In this document: positions 13,561 to 26,392 of the stretch, one piece after another
Numbering within the stretch: the first letter of the stretch is position 1
Layout: every line of letters begins with the position of its first letter
Assembly: GCF_009914755.1 (NCBI RefSeq)
Contig: NC_060947.1
Length of the DNA: 64,000 nt
DNA from: the human T2T-CHM13v2.0 reference genome, Homo sapiens
Direction: 5' to 3' (one strand)
Program-made: the position numbers and the translations under genes
Notes under the pieces: generated by a model
Told to the model about the DNA's origin: nothing
What the model saw: only the letters and a program-made list of their open reading frames with translations
Database searches by the model: none

Positions 13561-14327
13561 CCTTCTCAGACAGGGTAAGGTATCTGTTCAACAAAGCAAT
13601 ATACTTAGTAGTTAATGCCTCTCCTTAAAACACTTGACACCCACAGGCTCATCACTATTTAGAGTTCCAAGAGGACATACCAGTTTCGGATTCTAGGCCT
13701 TTGCTCCTGTTGTCAACTCCACCTTAAATTTTAAGTCCCAAGGTGCCATTCAGGACCAGCTCAAATGCATTCATAGCTGTGCCTAAAATGCTCAAGCTTT
13801 TCTCAGAATGACTTACCTACACACTAAAAGACCACTTATTATATGAGGGAGTGCAGGACTGTCCAGAAAGATCAATCCCATTTTCAGCATGCAGGTGACT
13901 AAAAGTTACAGGTATACAGTTACAGTTCATCCCTGGTATGTGAATACTGCTCAAAGAGCCTGGTGGACTACCCCCTACCAATCACTAAGCCTTTAAGCAA
14001 ACTCCCTGCTTCCATCTAAGCAGTCAATTCTTGACTATTTACAGTCATATAGTAAATTCCAAAGCCTTCTACTAATTAATCTGGAACGAACAGATAGTAA
14101 CAAAATGAACAAAAATAAAAAAACAACAAGCAACAACAAATCTTCACACACCCCTTAAGGACTTCTTAGGAGACAGGCTTCAAAAGTACATTGTTTTTCA
14201 CACGTGCCTGAAAAAAATCAAGCAGTCGATGTGGAATATCAAATCAACAAAGGGAAAATAAGGTCTCTGTGCAAAGTCCATTAACTTGATGGACCAAATT
14301 CTGATTCAATTTCATCAACAGCTTTTA

Positions 14328-14672
<345 letters not shown>

Positions 14673-14894
14673 GATCACTTCCTAAGGCAACCAATACAAT
14701 TAAATACCAAAGCACAAATGACACACAAGGGTCAAAAAAGGAAAAACTAATACATTCTTAGAACCGGTTAGAACTTTAAAATGATCTAATACAACTCTCT
14801 TGCTTTTTATAGATGAAAGTGTTCATTAAGACTTAGAGAGGTGATAACATGCCCACGATTATATGGCTAGATGATCTGTTCTGTAAACACTTAC

Positions 14895-15106
14895 TGCTGA
14901 TTAGGCTCAGTTTCATTTTGCTGGGTAGAATTAAAGCTCTGCATGGCCTGTACTTCCTCTTCCTCCTCATCCTCACTAGAGGCTTCTTCTGCGGCATGAT
15001 TAGACCTTGGGGGAGGAGCAGTGGCAGTGCCATCTGCCTTCTGGATTGATGGCTTCTGACAGATGTATTTGGGGTCCCTTCCAAGATTACAGATTTCTTC
15101 AAGTAA
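14895..15106 (-). CDS. HUWE1: HUWE1 coding exon 20, [10 protein letters not shown]...SSEDEEEEE...TEPNQ
   Basis: 212 nt, cag/gtaagt, phase 0-2. Confidence 0.96.
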
Positions 15107-15614
15107 CTGAAAGGCACAGGAAATAAGATTACTTATTAGTAATCATGGAATGGGGAGGAGGAGACAGCTAACATATTTAGAGCGTTTTCTATGTGTTGTG
15201 TATTTGCCCAAACACTTTGTATACATGTTATATACATAATTCCCAGAATATGGTCATTAATTACATTTTATAAACAAGGGAATAGAAGTGCTGCAAACTT
15301 AAATAATTTGTTGAGCGTCACACGGCTGTATAAGTGACTGACGAACCTGACTCCCTGTCCCAATTCACCAAGCACCAGGAACTTATATACCAATTTCAAC
15401 AACAATTCTAAAAGGAAACTGGCAGAGCTAATAAGGCGGGGGTGGGGGGCAGCCACAGGGATCAACAAACGGAGACTAGAAAGGGTAATATGCTTTACAA
15501 ACTTAATCTAAGCCATGTCTGCTTGTCCATATAATATATAAAAGAAATCATTATATACAGGTTACATTAAATGGAAAAAAATTTTTAAGGAAAACAATTC
15601 TCAATCTAAAATAC

Positions 15615-15888
15615 TTTTTTTTTTTTTGGAGACAGAGTCTTGCAGTGGCATGATCTTGGCTCACTACAACCTCCGCCTCCCGAGTTCAAGTGATTCTCCT
15701 GCCTCAGCCTCCAGAGTAGCTGGGACTACAGGCACACGCCACCAAACCCGGCTAACTTTTGTATTTTTCATAGAAACGGGGCTTCACCATGTTGTCCAGG
15801 CTGGTCTCAAACTCCTGGCCTCAAGCGATCCACCAGCCTCAGCCTCCCAAAGTGCCAGGATTACAGGCGTGAGCCACTGCACCCAGGC
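15615..15888 (-). mobile_element. Alu with internal deletion
   Basis: Reverse dimer. Confidence 0.92.
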
Positions 15889-16104
15889 TAAAAAAATTTT
15901 AACAGAGACTTCTTTCTAAGATGAACTAAAATGACAACATCTTTTTATAAAGGACCAACCTAAGGACATGGAAACAATGAGGCAGACATAATGCTCTTAC
16001 AGCTATAGCCCAAGAATCCTAATGACCTCTAGTAGGCCAATCTTCTAAAACCTTCCCCTTCTCTGCTCTCTCATGCTCATGGTCACATCCTTATCACTTT
16101 CTAC

Positions 16105-16196
16105 CTTGATGATGGCAGTCGTTGCATCTGTTTTAAGGGTGGGCTGATGTCTCATGAGCTCATCGACAGCACTCCCCAGGTTGGATGCAGTATCCC
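16105..16196 (-). CDS. HUWE1: HUWE1 coding exon 19, [10 protein letters not shown]...TAIIK
   Basis: 92 nt, aag/gtagaa. Confidence 0.95.
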
Positions 16197-16309
16197 CTTA
16201 AGGCAAAAAATGAACTGTTAGAATTAGAAAGACTGAAGAAAATAGAGCTTGGGCTCTTTTCTGTACCAACATATAAAGTGGAAAGAAGAAACTGAGCCTG
16301 GTTATGATT

Positions 16310-16565
16310 TTCTTTCCTTTAAAGACTTTATGTCACCCAGACTGGAGTGCAGTGTCACGATCTCCTGGACTCAAGCGATCCTCCCACCTCAGCCCTCCAA
16401 GTAGCTGGGACTACAGGTGTGCGCCTCCGTGACTGGAGAAATTTTTTTTTTGGTAGAGATGGGGTTTGGCCATGTTGCCCAGGCTGGTCTCAAACTCCTG
16501 AGCTCAAGTGATCTGCCCACCTTGGCCTCCCAAAATGGTAGGTGTGTGCCACTGTGCCAGGCCAG
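16310..16565 (-). mobile_element. Degenerate Alu (AluJ-like)
   Basis: Reverse Alu with deletions. Confidence 0.88.
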
Positions 16566-17330
16566 GCTGTTGTGATATTTTTTTCCTATTTTTTTTTTTT
16601 GGTTGTGATTTTCTAATGCCACAACTTCTTTAATGAATTTACACCCAGCCCCTATCCCCCCAAATCACTAGGGAAAAGGAAGGAATCAGTTTAGTAAACT
16701 ATTTTAAAGTAACTATGTGTGCTGCACTCTACTCTGGCAATCTTTGCTGTCAAGATCTAAACTAGTATTACAGAGTGAGAGAGAAGAAAGATGTACAAAC
16801 CATTAACCCTCTGGCTGCTCCAGTTAAGAATGATAGTGTCTAAATGCTACAGTGGTGGTTGAAAAGTACAAAGCACATTTTTGAAAACTGTAATCTTTCT
16901 GGAGCCCTACCTTTTTGCTAATAATCTCTCAATTATCTGGTCTCAAGTATACTGAGTAAAAAAAAAATATCCATGTGTCGTTATCTTAGAGAGTTGGACA
17001 TCAGAACACTAGATTACCAGATGAACACCTCAGGACTCCATATTTCTCATTGCTGCAGACCAGATGGTGAACCTGGAAATCTACCACTGCTTCTTAATAC
17101 CTATTTTCTACCAGTACCATGAAAGTACAATGGTGAACTGTTGAGAAGCATGGAAATATTATGAGCAGAGAAGCTGAAGTATTCCTTCTGAAGTATAATA
17201 GAATGTATGATGATAATTCCCATTAAACTTAGCACACCTAACCAGTAAAACGATGAGAGAGATGATCAAGGAAGAGTTTCCTTGCAAACTAAATCAATTT
17301 TCTACTATAAAATAAATCTTAACAACTTAC

Positions 17331-17508
17331 CAAGGGGATCAGAACTTCTCCTCCTCCGCATGGCTGGGAGGTAATCTGGAGACAGAAGAACTTTGAAGAG
17401 GCGTTCAAAAGGCTGACACTGAACAAAAGACTGAAGACCTCGGGCATTCAAACAGAGTGCACTGAATACATTTGGGAGGGAGCCAAGGACTTCACGGGTA
17501 GCAGGAAC
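17331..17508 (-). CDS. HUWE1: HUWE1 coding exon 18, [10 protein letters not shown]...RRRRSSDPL
   Basis: 178 nt, tag/gtaagt. Confidence 0.96.
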
Positions 17509-17700
17509 CTAAAGAGAAAACAAAGTGAGCTTGAATGCATCTAAAAGAGTGTAGATGCTAGGAAAATCCGGCCATGGGTATCAAGCTGAGATAGAAGGAA
17601 TTTTGACAACCAGGTCCCAATTAGATTCAACACTACACACAGAAGAGATAGGATTTTCACGCCCTAAGACATTCTTTACAGAGTAGCAGAAAAGACTTAC

Positions 17701-17807
17701 ATCTTTGATAAGCAGTGCATGCAGCATGACATCTGTCAATCCATTGTCCTGGAGTGAGGAGAGCAGTGATGGTTCTTGAAATACAAACACAGTCACCACT
17801 TCAGTAG
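17701..17807 (-). CDS. HUWE1: HUWE1 coding exon 17, [10 protein letters not shown]...ALLIKD
   Basis: 107 nt, tag/gtaagt. Confidence 0.96.
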
Positions 17808-18626
17808 CTAAAAAAAGATGAGAAAATATGGAAAACTGAGAGATTCCTCACAGAAACTGAAAACAAAACACCAAAAGCTTAAAAAAAAATACATACTCAA
17901 TGTCTAGCAATTTAAACCCTTGTGCTTACTATGAAATTAAAGATCCTAATACTGCTCCATCAGAGATTCAATACTATAAAGAATCTAGTGACTACACTTA
18001 CAGGATTTTTATGGGCATATTTTTACATAAATGAGGTTACACTGTTTTATATATTTTGCTTTTCCCCCACAACTGTCATACCGTATAATGTCCTCTCCCG
18101 ACACAACGACCCATTCATTTTGAATGGCTGCCTACTATTCCACTAAATGCATGTACCACATGTATAAAAACCAGTCCTCAATTGTGAAAATGATAAACCT
18201 AAACATATATCCGTTTTTGTCTGCTTTTAACAGGAAAAAAAATCTATGATGTGGGCTTGCTGGGTTAAAGCAAATGCAAGCTTTACTGATGAAAATAGAT
18301 AAACTGCCTCATACAAAGGTTATTCAACAATTTTAAACTATCACCAGCAATGCAAGAGTCCTTGAATATTAATCTGATCAGTTTTTGACATTATAATATT
18401 TTAAAATGTGCAGTAATAACTACCAAAGCTTCTGGAACATGGGAAAAACTCTACTCAAGAGGAAATAGTACAGCATTAAAGTATTTATTAAAAAGTAACC
18501 AAACAAGCTATGAAGAATTAACAGAAAAAAGAATTCAGTGAAAACGAAAGCAAAAAGGATAAACGAAGCCAATATCTAGCTTTGTGAAGACACTGGAAAA
18601 GCTTATAAACCTATAGAAAATAGAGC

Positions 18627-18846
18627 AATAATATAAATTAGAAACAAGAGCAGTAATATACATTAGGAATGAGAAAGGAGATTTAACTAGATACAGAAAA
18701 AAAAAATTTATTCTACAAAGTGTATGCCAACAAGTGAAATAATATAAATTAGAAAAAAGAGCAGTAATATACGTTATGAATGAGAAAGGAGATTTAACTA
18801 GATACAGAAAAATATATTCTACAAACTATATGCCAACAAGTGAAAT
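18627..18846. repeat. Tandem duplication of about 110 bp within an old L1 fragment
   Basis: aataatataaattagaaa..agagcagtaatata...tgccaacaagtgaaat present twice. Confidence 0.9.
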
Positions 18847-18860
18847 GTATAGTTTAATAA

Positions 18861-19221
<361 letters not shown>

Positions 19222-20199
19222 TCCAGAATTTTTAAAAGGGGAAAAAAAAAAAAAATCCAGGTAATAGAGAGGCACCAAGCCAATAGTTTTATTAAACCTT
19301 CTAGGAATAATTAAGACAAAGCTTCCCAACTCATAAGACTACAATAACTACAATAACTTTAATTAAAAAACCTGATGAAGAGGAATATACATACAACACC
19401 CATAAACCATGTATACAGAACAAACTTGTTTATGGTGATGCCTAAGATCTAAAAGAAACCAGAGGATTTTCTATTCAAGATGGTGAATACAGCATCTCTC
19501 CTTTATCCCAAATGCTAGGGGAATGGCAGATATATAGCAGTTACCGGGGACCAACAGTTTTCAATGGCCTTTGGGATTCCTCATGGGCTATAAACTTCTG
19601 AAAAATTTAAGTCCTTTTTGGGGTTCCTATTGGTATGACACTCCCCTCGATTGACTTACATTTGTAGAAATGTATGAATTCTATAGAGTTACTAAAATTG
19701 AGTATTTAAAAACTAAAATTAGTGTTCTACAAGCAATTACTAAGACATCAAACCTGTTATTTTATCAAGAAGTCGCAACGACACTATGCACTGGGACCCC
19801 TATACAAAAACACTGATAACCAAGAATTAGAATTAAAGGGTATATACACGCACAGAGCAACCAGCTGTGTGTGGAACCAAGCAACTAAGAAATGGAAAAA
19901 AGGTAATTAGGGTTTCCAGGAGAAAGTTAAAAGGAATCAGAGAAATAGAAGAAAAAAAAAAAAAAAAAAAAGGCAGAAGCAGGAACTATATACAGATAAG
20001 AACAAGAACCAGTGTGACACCATGGTTATCTACAATAATGTAGCATTAGAATACAATGAAGAAAACAGCCACCAACTTCTGAAAGAGAAGTCTGACACCT
20101 TAAAAATTACCCACAGATGTACTTCAATAGAACTGAAAATGAATCCAACAGAGTTTGGAAAGTCAAGGTTACAGAGAAGAGAGTAAAAGAAGGCAGAAG

Positions 20200-23100
20200 G
20201 TCATCACAGTCCCTGGGCCCAAATGCCATTGCATCCCCATGCCACTAGCCCTACTCAAACCCTAGCCTCCCAATATGTTCTTTGTGCCCTGTCGTGCCAT
20301 CGGCATCATCACCAGTGGGGGCTCACCATACCAGAGGTAAACACTCCTTTTCTCACTGGCAAATCAATTTTATTGGGCCACTGCCCCAATCTGCTGGCAC
20401 AAATCGCTATGCCCTCACAACTGATTGTTATACAGACCCATTCTTGGCTTATCCTTCCTGCCCAACTACTGCCAACACCACCACTATTATAGCCCTCAGT
20501 TAGTTCCCTTTGGGCTTCTGGTAACACCGACTCTGACCAGGGTACGTACGTTACCGCTCATTCAGTCTGGGCATGGGCCTTTTCAAACAAGGCATCACCT
20601 TGGAGCTTCCATTTTTTTTTTTTTTTTTTTTGAGACAAGGTCTCACTCTGTTCCCCAGGCTAGAGTGCAGGGGTGCAATTATAGCTCACTACAGCCTCAA
20701 CCTCCAGTACTTAAGTGATCCTCCCACCTCAGCTTCCTGAGTAGCGCACCAGCATGCCCTGCAAACATTTTTATTTGTTGTAGAGACAGGATTTCACCAT
20801 GTTGCCCAGGCTGGTCTCAAACTCCTGGGCTCAAGGCTCAAGCAATCTGCCTGTCTCAGCATCCCAAAATGCTGGGATTACAGGTGTGAGCCAGTGCCTG
20901 GCCCATCTGTTGTACTGTTCACAGAAAGCAGGCCTAATAGAGGCATAATGGCTTGTTCAATGCTCTCTTAAACTTACTAAATGGACAATGGTCTCTTAAA
21001 TGGATCTCTCTTTTGCCGATTGCCTTAGTTGTATGACATCTGAAAAAACACAATTAGTGCTTCCTTTGTCCCCTTTCTAGCCTCAAAATGAGATACTTTC
21101 CATCTATGAGTCTATAATACCCAAACAGAATCCCCCTCACTTAACGACACCTCCTCATTTGATATTGGTGCGATCCACGGTGGACAGGAGCCTAGGTTGA
21201 AAGTAGGTAACAGGATGGGACCCACAGAAAATTGAGGGCCCTCACCCTCTAAGACTATGCAGAAGGTCTCTGCCAAAGTCCTTTCCTAATATGATGGTTT
21301 TAAAGGACTGCTAACTGGAGATCCCTCTTCATAGGAAATGAAGGTCTTAGTCTCTCTGCCTGGGTTGACATACACAACTGTATGGTTCTTCCAAAGAGGA
21401 AAGAAAAATCTTAAGTTAGTTCCTAGTACCAACATTCTTAGACAGGAAGCCAGTTCTGGAACCACCTTATTACAGAGGTATTGAATGGGAGACTATTGCA
21501 GGATATGGGATGGCAATGCCTGTGATTCCCATAATAAACTGGCACTTCGGCATGCCAAAAGTCTACGCACCACAGGCCTGAAAATATCTTTGTGGAATAT
21601 TCTGGCTCTAGTTGGCCTGTCTATACCTCATTTGGCTCATGGTCTGGGTCTGGGATACTACTACCCCAGCTCAATGCCAAACTTCTTGGGCTCCTTTTTG
21701 CCCATGCTGTGATCCCACTTGTTTAGGGGTAATCAGTGCATAGCTTCCCTATCTGAAATTATTCTAAAACTCTTGTAGGCAAAGGGATACTGAGTTACTT
21801 TTATAATAATTTCTCAAGTGCGAGCCTAGGGCTTCTATCCATCCAGCATACCAAAGCATCCTAGATGATGATTTCAGTACAACTGACAGTCCCAGCCTTG
21901 ACGCTAACACCCTCAAGATGGTAACTGCCCTTGTAACTGCCCCCACATAACTCATCATAACTCCACTGCCCCATCAACTCTTTGACAGCCCACACTCCAC
22001 TTTCACTATTTACACTCTAATTTCACTATTCCAGTCACTACCTATATTTCCTGCTTCCCCTCACTCAACCTGATAGATTGTATCTATGTATTAGTAACAG
22101 AGAATGCCACCTACATACTAAACCTCCAGCAATACTAACAGATACCCTAGCCCAGGCAACTACTCATACAACTATATCTTGCTCCCTTGGAGGATTTCAA
22201 TACTCATATTGACAACTTGCTACACTCTCTGGTTAAGTGGTCAATCATAAGCATGATGACATTAGCATAGGCTACAAACAGACCCGAACAGATAACATGA
22301 GGGGTAAGGCAGGAGGTGAGAAAGAAGAGAGGGGAGTTGGGGAAGTTAAATGGGATACTACAAATGAAATACAGGTGGCTAAAAGTGGCATAGAAGAGCC
22401 AGAGGTCGGACACGTGAGGGAGAAGGAGTCAGAATATTTAGTGGGTTTGAGTGTGAAATTATAAGCAGGACATCGTGACCTCACTGGGTGCTTCCATATT
22501 AAACTTCCCCCTTAAGGATTTCATGTCTTTCCCAGCCTCTGCCACCAACTGATAGTACATACAATGATGCCCCCCTGTTGAGAATGTCCACCCTGATATA
22601 AGTTTGCCCCCTAGAAACTCCAACTTCCAACCTCTTGGGCTACTGATTCTTCTGTGTTACAACTCCTGCTCAGCAGGGTTATACATTTTATTCAGCGATC
22701 CTGTTCCCTTCTACCCATACAAGCTGACCTATGTACTATGGACATTTAGTGCCCAGGGCACCTCAAATTCAACTAGAAAGTCTAGCTGTTTTATCAAGTC
22801 TTGCCACAAAAAGGAGCACTTTTTACCTATTCTGGGCCTCATCAGAATCTTTGGTGTAACGGGCACAAGTTTAGGTATTTCCAATTCTGTAACACAGACT
22901 CAACTCATAGAGGTTACCGAGACATGTTGTAACTCCTGACAGACCACATTAACCAAACAGTTCAGGCCTAAGAAGCCCTCAATGAGGGACAAAGCAGTTT
23001 AGTTACTATGATAGTTGATAACAGACTGGCATGAAACTACCTACTGGCATTTCAAGATAGTGCTTGTGCCTTAAAGGGACTTCCTGTTGCATGATCATTA

Positions 23101-23330
23101 ATAAAGAAAAGGTATCCAGAATAGTTCAACAAAAATAAACCCAAACTGCCAATTATATTATTAAAATACTCCAAGAGGTTCTCAGAACTCCCTGATGTCT
23201 TTCCTGGGCCATCTCCTTCCACCTGGAGTGAAAGGCTCTGTACTATCATTTGGGGAGCTAAAATAACAATGGCTAGTCTAATTATTTAGGTTTCGCTTTG
23301 CAAATTTGTTCTCTCTCAAGTACAAGTGTA
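20200..23330 (+). mobile_element. Decayed endogenous retrovirus internal region: integrase and env
   Basis: WQINFIGPLP (20357), DSDQGT (20529), HLLYCSQKAGLIE (20904); fusion peptide FLPILGLIRIFGVTGTSLG, VDNRLA*NYLLA and a frameshifted CX6CC (23065-23090). Confidence 0.85.
20612..20903 (-). mobile_element. Alu (AluJ-like) inserted in the ERV integrase
   Basis: Splits the W-S-F-H / L-L-Y codons. Confidence 0.92.
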
Positions 23331-23819
23331 TTTTATGGGAAAACTGGGAGGTTGCTATGCTAATTTAAATGTGAGGGATGAATTAAGAAAACCATAGGGA
23401 AGGAAGTTGGACCTTCACTGACCTTTGATTTAGTGCTCTAAGTCTCATTTCCTGCCCGTGTCCCTCACTTCTGGCATCATCCTCATAGGGCTCACCTGCT
23501 CCTCACCACTATCCCAGCACCTAAGCACTATATCCTCTTGCTGCCTCCCTCTTTTAAACAATATCCCTGTCAATGGCAATTGCTCCTTCTTCTAAGCTTC
23601 CCATTTATAGAAAAATGCCTGTGTATCCTTTTCTCTTTCTCTCTGTTCTGGACTTTCTCCCAGAAGACGGGCATTCTCCCTGCCCCTGGCCTTGAGACGT
23701 CCCCACCGTAAAACAAATCTTAAAAAAAAACAAAAAAACCCCAAAGAACTATTGTCTGAATTTTGCCATCTGAACATAACCTTAGCAGAGAGCTTTTCCA
23801 TAGCATGGTAGAGTTGCTA

Positions 23820-24160
23820 CACCACAAGAAGACTTCCTCAACCTGACAAAATTGACAAAACCTTCAACACAAAACCTCTGCTAACTTCATTCTTAATGGT
23901 GAAATATTAAATGCTTTTCCCTCTAAATTCAGGAACAAAGCAAAGAGGCCCATTCTTATTTCTATCCAGCACTGTATCAGAAATCTTTGCTAATGTCATA
24001 AGACAAAAAAAAAGGCACAAAGACCATAAACAAAGTAAAAATGCATTTGCAGATGACAAGATTATGTAGAATATTCTAAGAAAACAAAACAAGTATGTAC
24101 TAATAAGTGAACTGTGCAAGATTAAAAGATACAAGGTTAATATACAAAAATCCTAAATTT
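23820..24160 (+). mobile_element. L1 ORF2 fragment
   Basis: aatgcttttccctctaaattcaggaacaaagcaaagagg; tttgcagatgac (FADD motif). Confidence 0.85.
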
Positions 24161-24522
24161 CTTCAGCAAGGGGGCAAGGAAGTATCTAAGTTGTAGTAGC
24201 CAAAACTAGTCTCCCCAACACCCCAAACTGTAAAACACAATGCTTGCTACTACAAGGAGACTTTCCCTATTTCCACGTCTCCTACTAAATTCCTTTAGCG
24301 TTTTAAGAATTCTAGCACAGATAAACAAAATGTATGATAATGTTACTTACTACAAATGTACTACTTATCGAAGGTATATTCAGCACCCAGAAAATAGGTA
24401 TTTACTTAAAACTGAATTCTGACCTTTATTTCATCACCAATAAGACAGATATCTACCCGGCCTCTCTGTTTTATATCCTTGCAGGATTTTACTATTGACA
24501 TTTGTCTACTGTCCAGGTAGAC

Positions 24523-24890
24523 AGTAGAGATGGGGTTTTGCCATGTTGGCCAGGCTGGTCTCAAACTCATTACCTCAGGTGATCTACCCGCCTCGGCCTC
24601 CCAAAGTGCTGGGATTACAGGCAGGAGCTTCCATGCCCGGCCTCTCTGTGTTTTATATCCTTGCAGGATTTTACTATTCATATTTGTCTACTAAAAATAC
24701 AAAAATTAGCCAGGCATGGTGGCAGGCACCTCTAATCCCAGCTACTCGGGAGGCTGAGGCAGGAGACTCGCTTTAACCCGGGAGGCAGAGGTTGTAGTGA
24801 GCCAAGATTGCGCCACTACATTCCAGCCTGGGCAATAGAGTGAGACTCTGTCTCAAAAATAAATAAGTAAATAAGTAAGTAAGTAAATAC
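24523..24890. mobile_element. Alu with inverted left arm (24523-24642, minus) and forward remainder (24687-24890, plus)
   Basis: Arms read in opposite orientations; duplicated flank. Confidence 0.9.
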
Positions 24891-24952
24891 AGAGAGAGAG
24901 AGCTCTGCCAGGTTATCCCAAATTGTTATAACCAACTATCAACTCCACTTAC

Positions 24953-25033
24953 CTAGGAGGAAGAGTGATGGGCCATAGTATTCTGCATTGCTGATGATGT
25001 GTTTCAGGGAGGTAGGCAGAGAACCATCCATCA
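24953..25033 (-). CDS. HUWE1: HUWE1 coding exon 16, [10 protein letters not shown]...PSLFLL
   Basis: 81 nt, tag/gtaagt. Confidence 0.96.
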
Positions 25034-25514
25034 CTAAAAGAAAAGTGAACATTATGGAGAATACGAATAGTCTGGAAAGGTGTGAGGAGTGGGGATAATT
25101 GAGTGATATGTTATGTATTATCACACTGTGGTCCTCAAAGCCTGTGTTAATTCTAATCTAATGGCCCCCAGTTGTCTCCTCCTATTTTATTATTTGTCCA
25201 TGCAATAGGCTTTCTAACATGGGTTAAAAAAAGAAAGAACACAAACACTTAAGAGTCAGAAAGGGGTAATAAGACGGAATTAAGCACAGAGTCGAAAGCT
25301 GGAAAAGGGGAAAAAAAGGGTAAATCATTATGAAAATAGCTAAGCAACACTTACATCTAGGAAAAGTGACACAAAACAACTAAAAGCTATTGAAAATGGC
25401 ATGGCCTTTACCAAAGACTGCCTTGTAAAACAACAGGTGCCAGAATAGTATGAAAAGAACCAATCTTTGAGAGAGTAAAATATCCTCCAAAAAAAGTTAT
25501 CTGGAATCAAATAC

Positions 25515-25616
25515 CATGTCGTATGCCATCTGAGAAAGCAGGGTCTTGGATGGCCTTCTTGAGGAAATTCAACATGGATTTCAGAAGTGCTGCTCGTTGT
25601 GGAATACACTGGACTC
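25515..25616 (-). CDS. HUWE1: HUWE1 coding exon 15, [10 protein letters not shown]...DGIRH
   Basis: 102 nt, cag/gtattt, phase 1-1. Confidence 0.96.
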
Positions 25617-26143
25617 CTGGCAATGAAGAAAGACAAAAGAATTATGCTGAGTTCGCCATTAAACCACAATGATCAAGCACATAAAACAAAATTTTAAGAG
25701 ATCCAAATACACTATAATAAAATTAGAAGACATTCGAAGTGAGGTCTCTGAATGTTAGGAAGAATACTTAATTAAGCTTTGAAATTGGAAAAATTACTAA
25801 TACTTTTAATTTTACCAATACTAAAAGTCTAAAGTAAAAAAGAAAAATTACAAAGTAAAAAGGTTCAACTTTTTTTTTACCTCACTCAGTTCCCATTTTG
25901 GATATTATCTGCCCTCCAACATGGCTGTTTTGATAATCAATGTGCAAATTGTTGGAAAAGTATAAAATGCTATGAAAGACATGTTAATATAAGAAAATGG
26001 AACACCAGAATGGTGAAGGAGCATGAATAGTCATGGGATGCTAACCTCCAAATGTACCATTTAAGTTCTGCCTAAAGCCGCCTTCTTCAATAGTTTAATA
26101 ACTCTACCACTCTGAAAGACTGCACATCTATGTGTGTACGCAC

Positions 26144-26392
26144 CAGGACGGGGGCCAGGGCCAGGGCCGGGGCCAGGGCCGGGACCAGGACCGGGGCCGG
26201 GGCCGGGGCCAGGGCCGGGGCCGGGGCCGGGGCCGGGGCCGGGGCCGGTGCCGGGGCCGGGACTGGGACCAGGGCTGGGGCCAGAAGAGATGTTAGTGCT
26301 GCTGCTGGAACCTGATGCCCTTAATTCAACATCCAGCCTGTGCTCCATAGAGATGGATGAGCCTGGACTGCTTTCCATAGCCACATCTGCAA
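26144..26392 (-). CDS. HUWE1: Putative HUWE1 alternative cassette exon encoding a Ser-rich plus (GP)16 insert (83 codons; 81 if the acceptor at 26386 is used)
   Basis: Acceptor tactttag|ttgcag|, donor CTG|gtgcgt, 249 or 243 nt, phase 1-1, no stop in the HUWE1 frame. Confidence 0.8.
26151..26282 (+). repeat. Interrupted (GGGGCC)n hexanucleotide repeat, 22 units
   Basis: 12 perfect GGGGCC units, longest pure run 5 (26217-26246); variants AGGGCC, GGGACC, AGGACC, GGTGCC, GGGACT, AGGGCT. Confidence 0.97.

Noticed and set aside
22170-22480. PLEDFNTHID motif resembling an L2 endonuclease GDFN inside the ERV span
   Set aside because: Too short and degenerate to decide by eye between an L2 fragment and chance; left unannotated.
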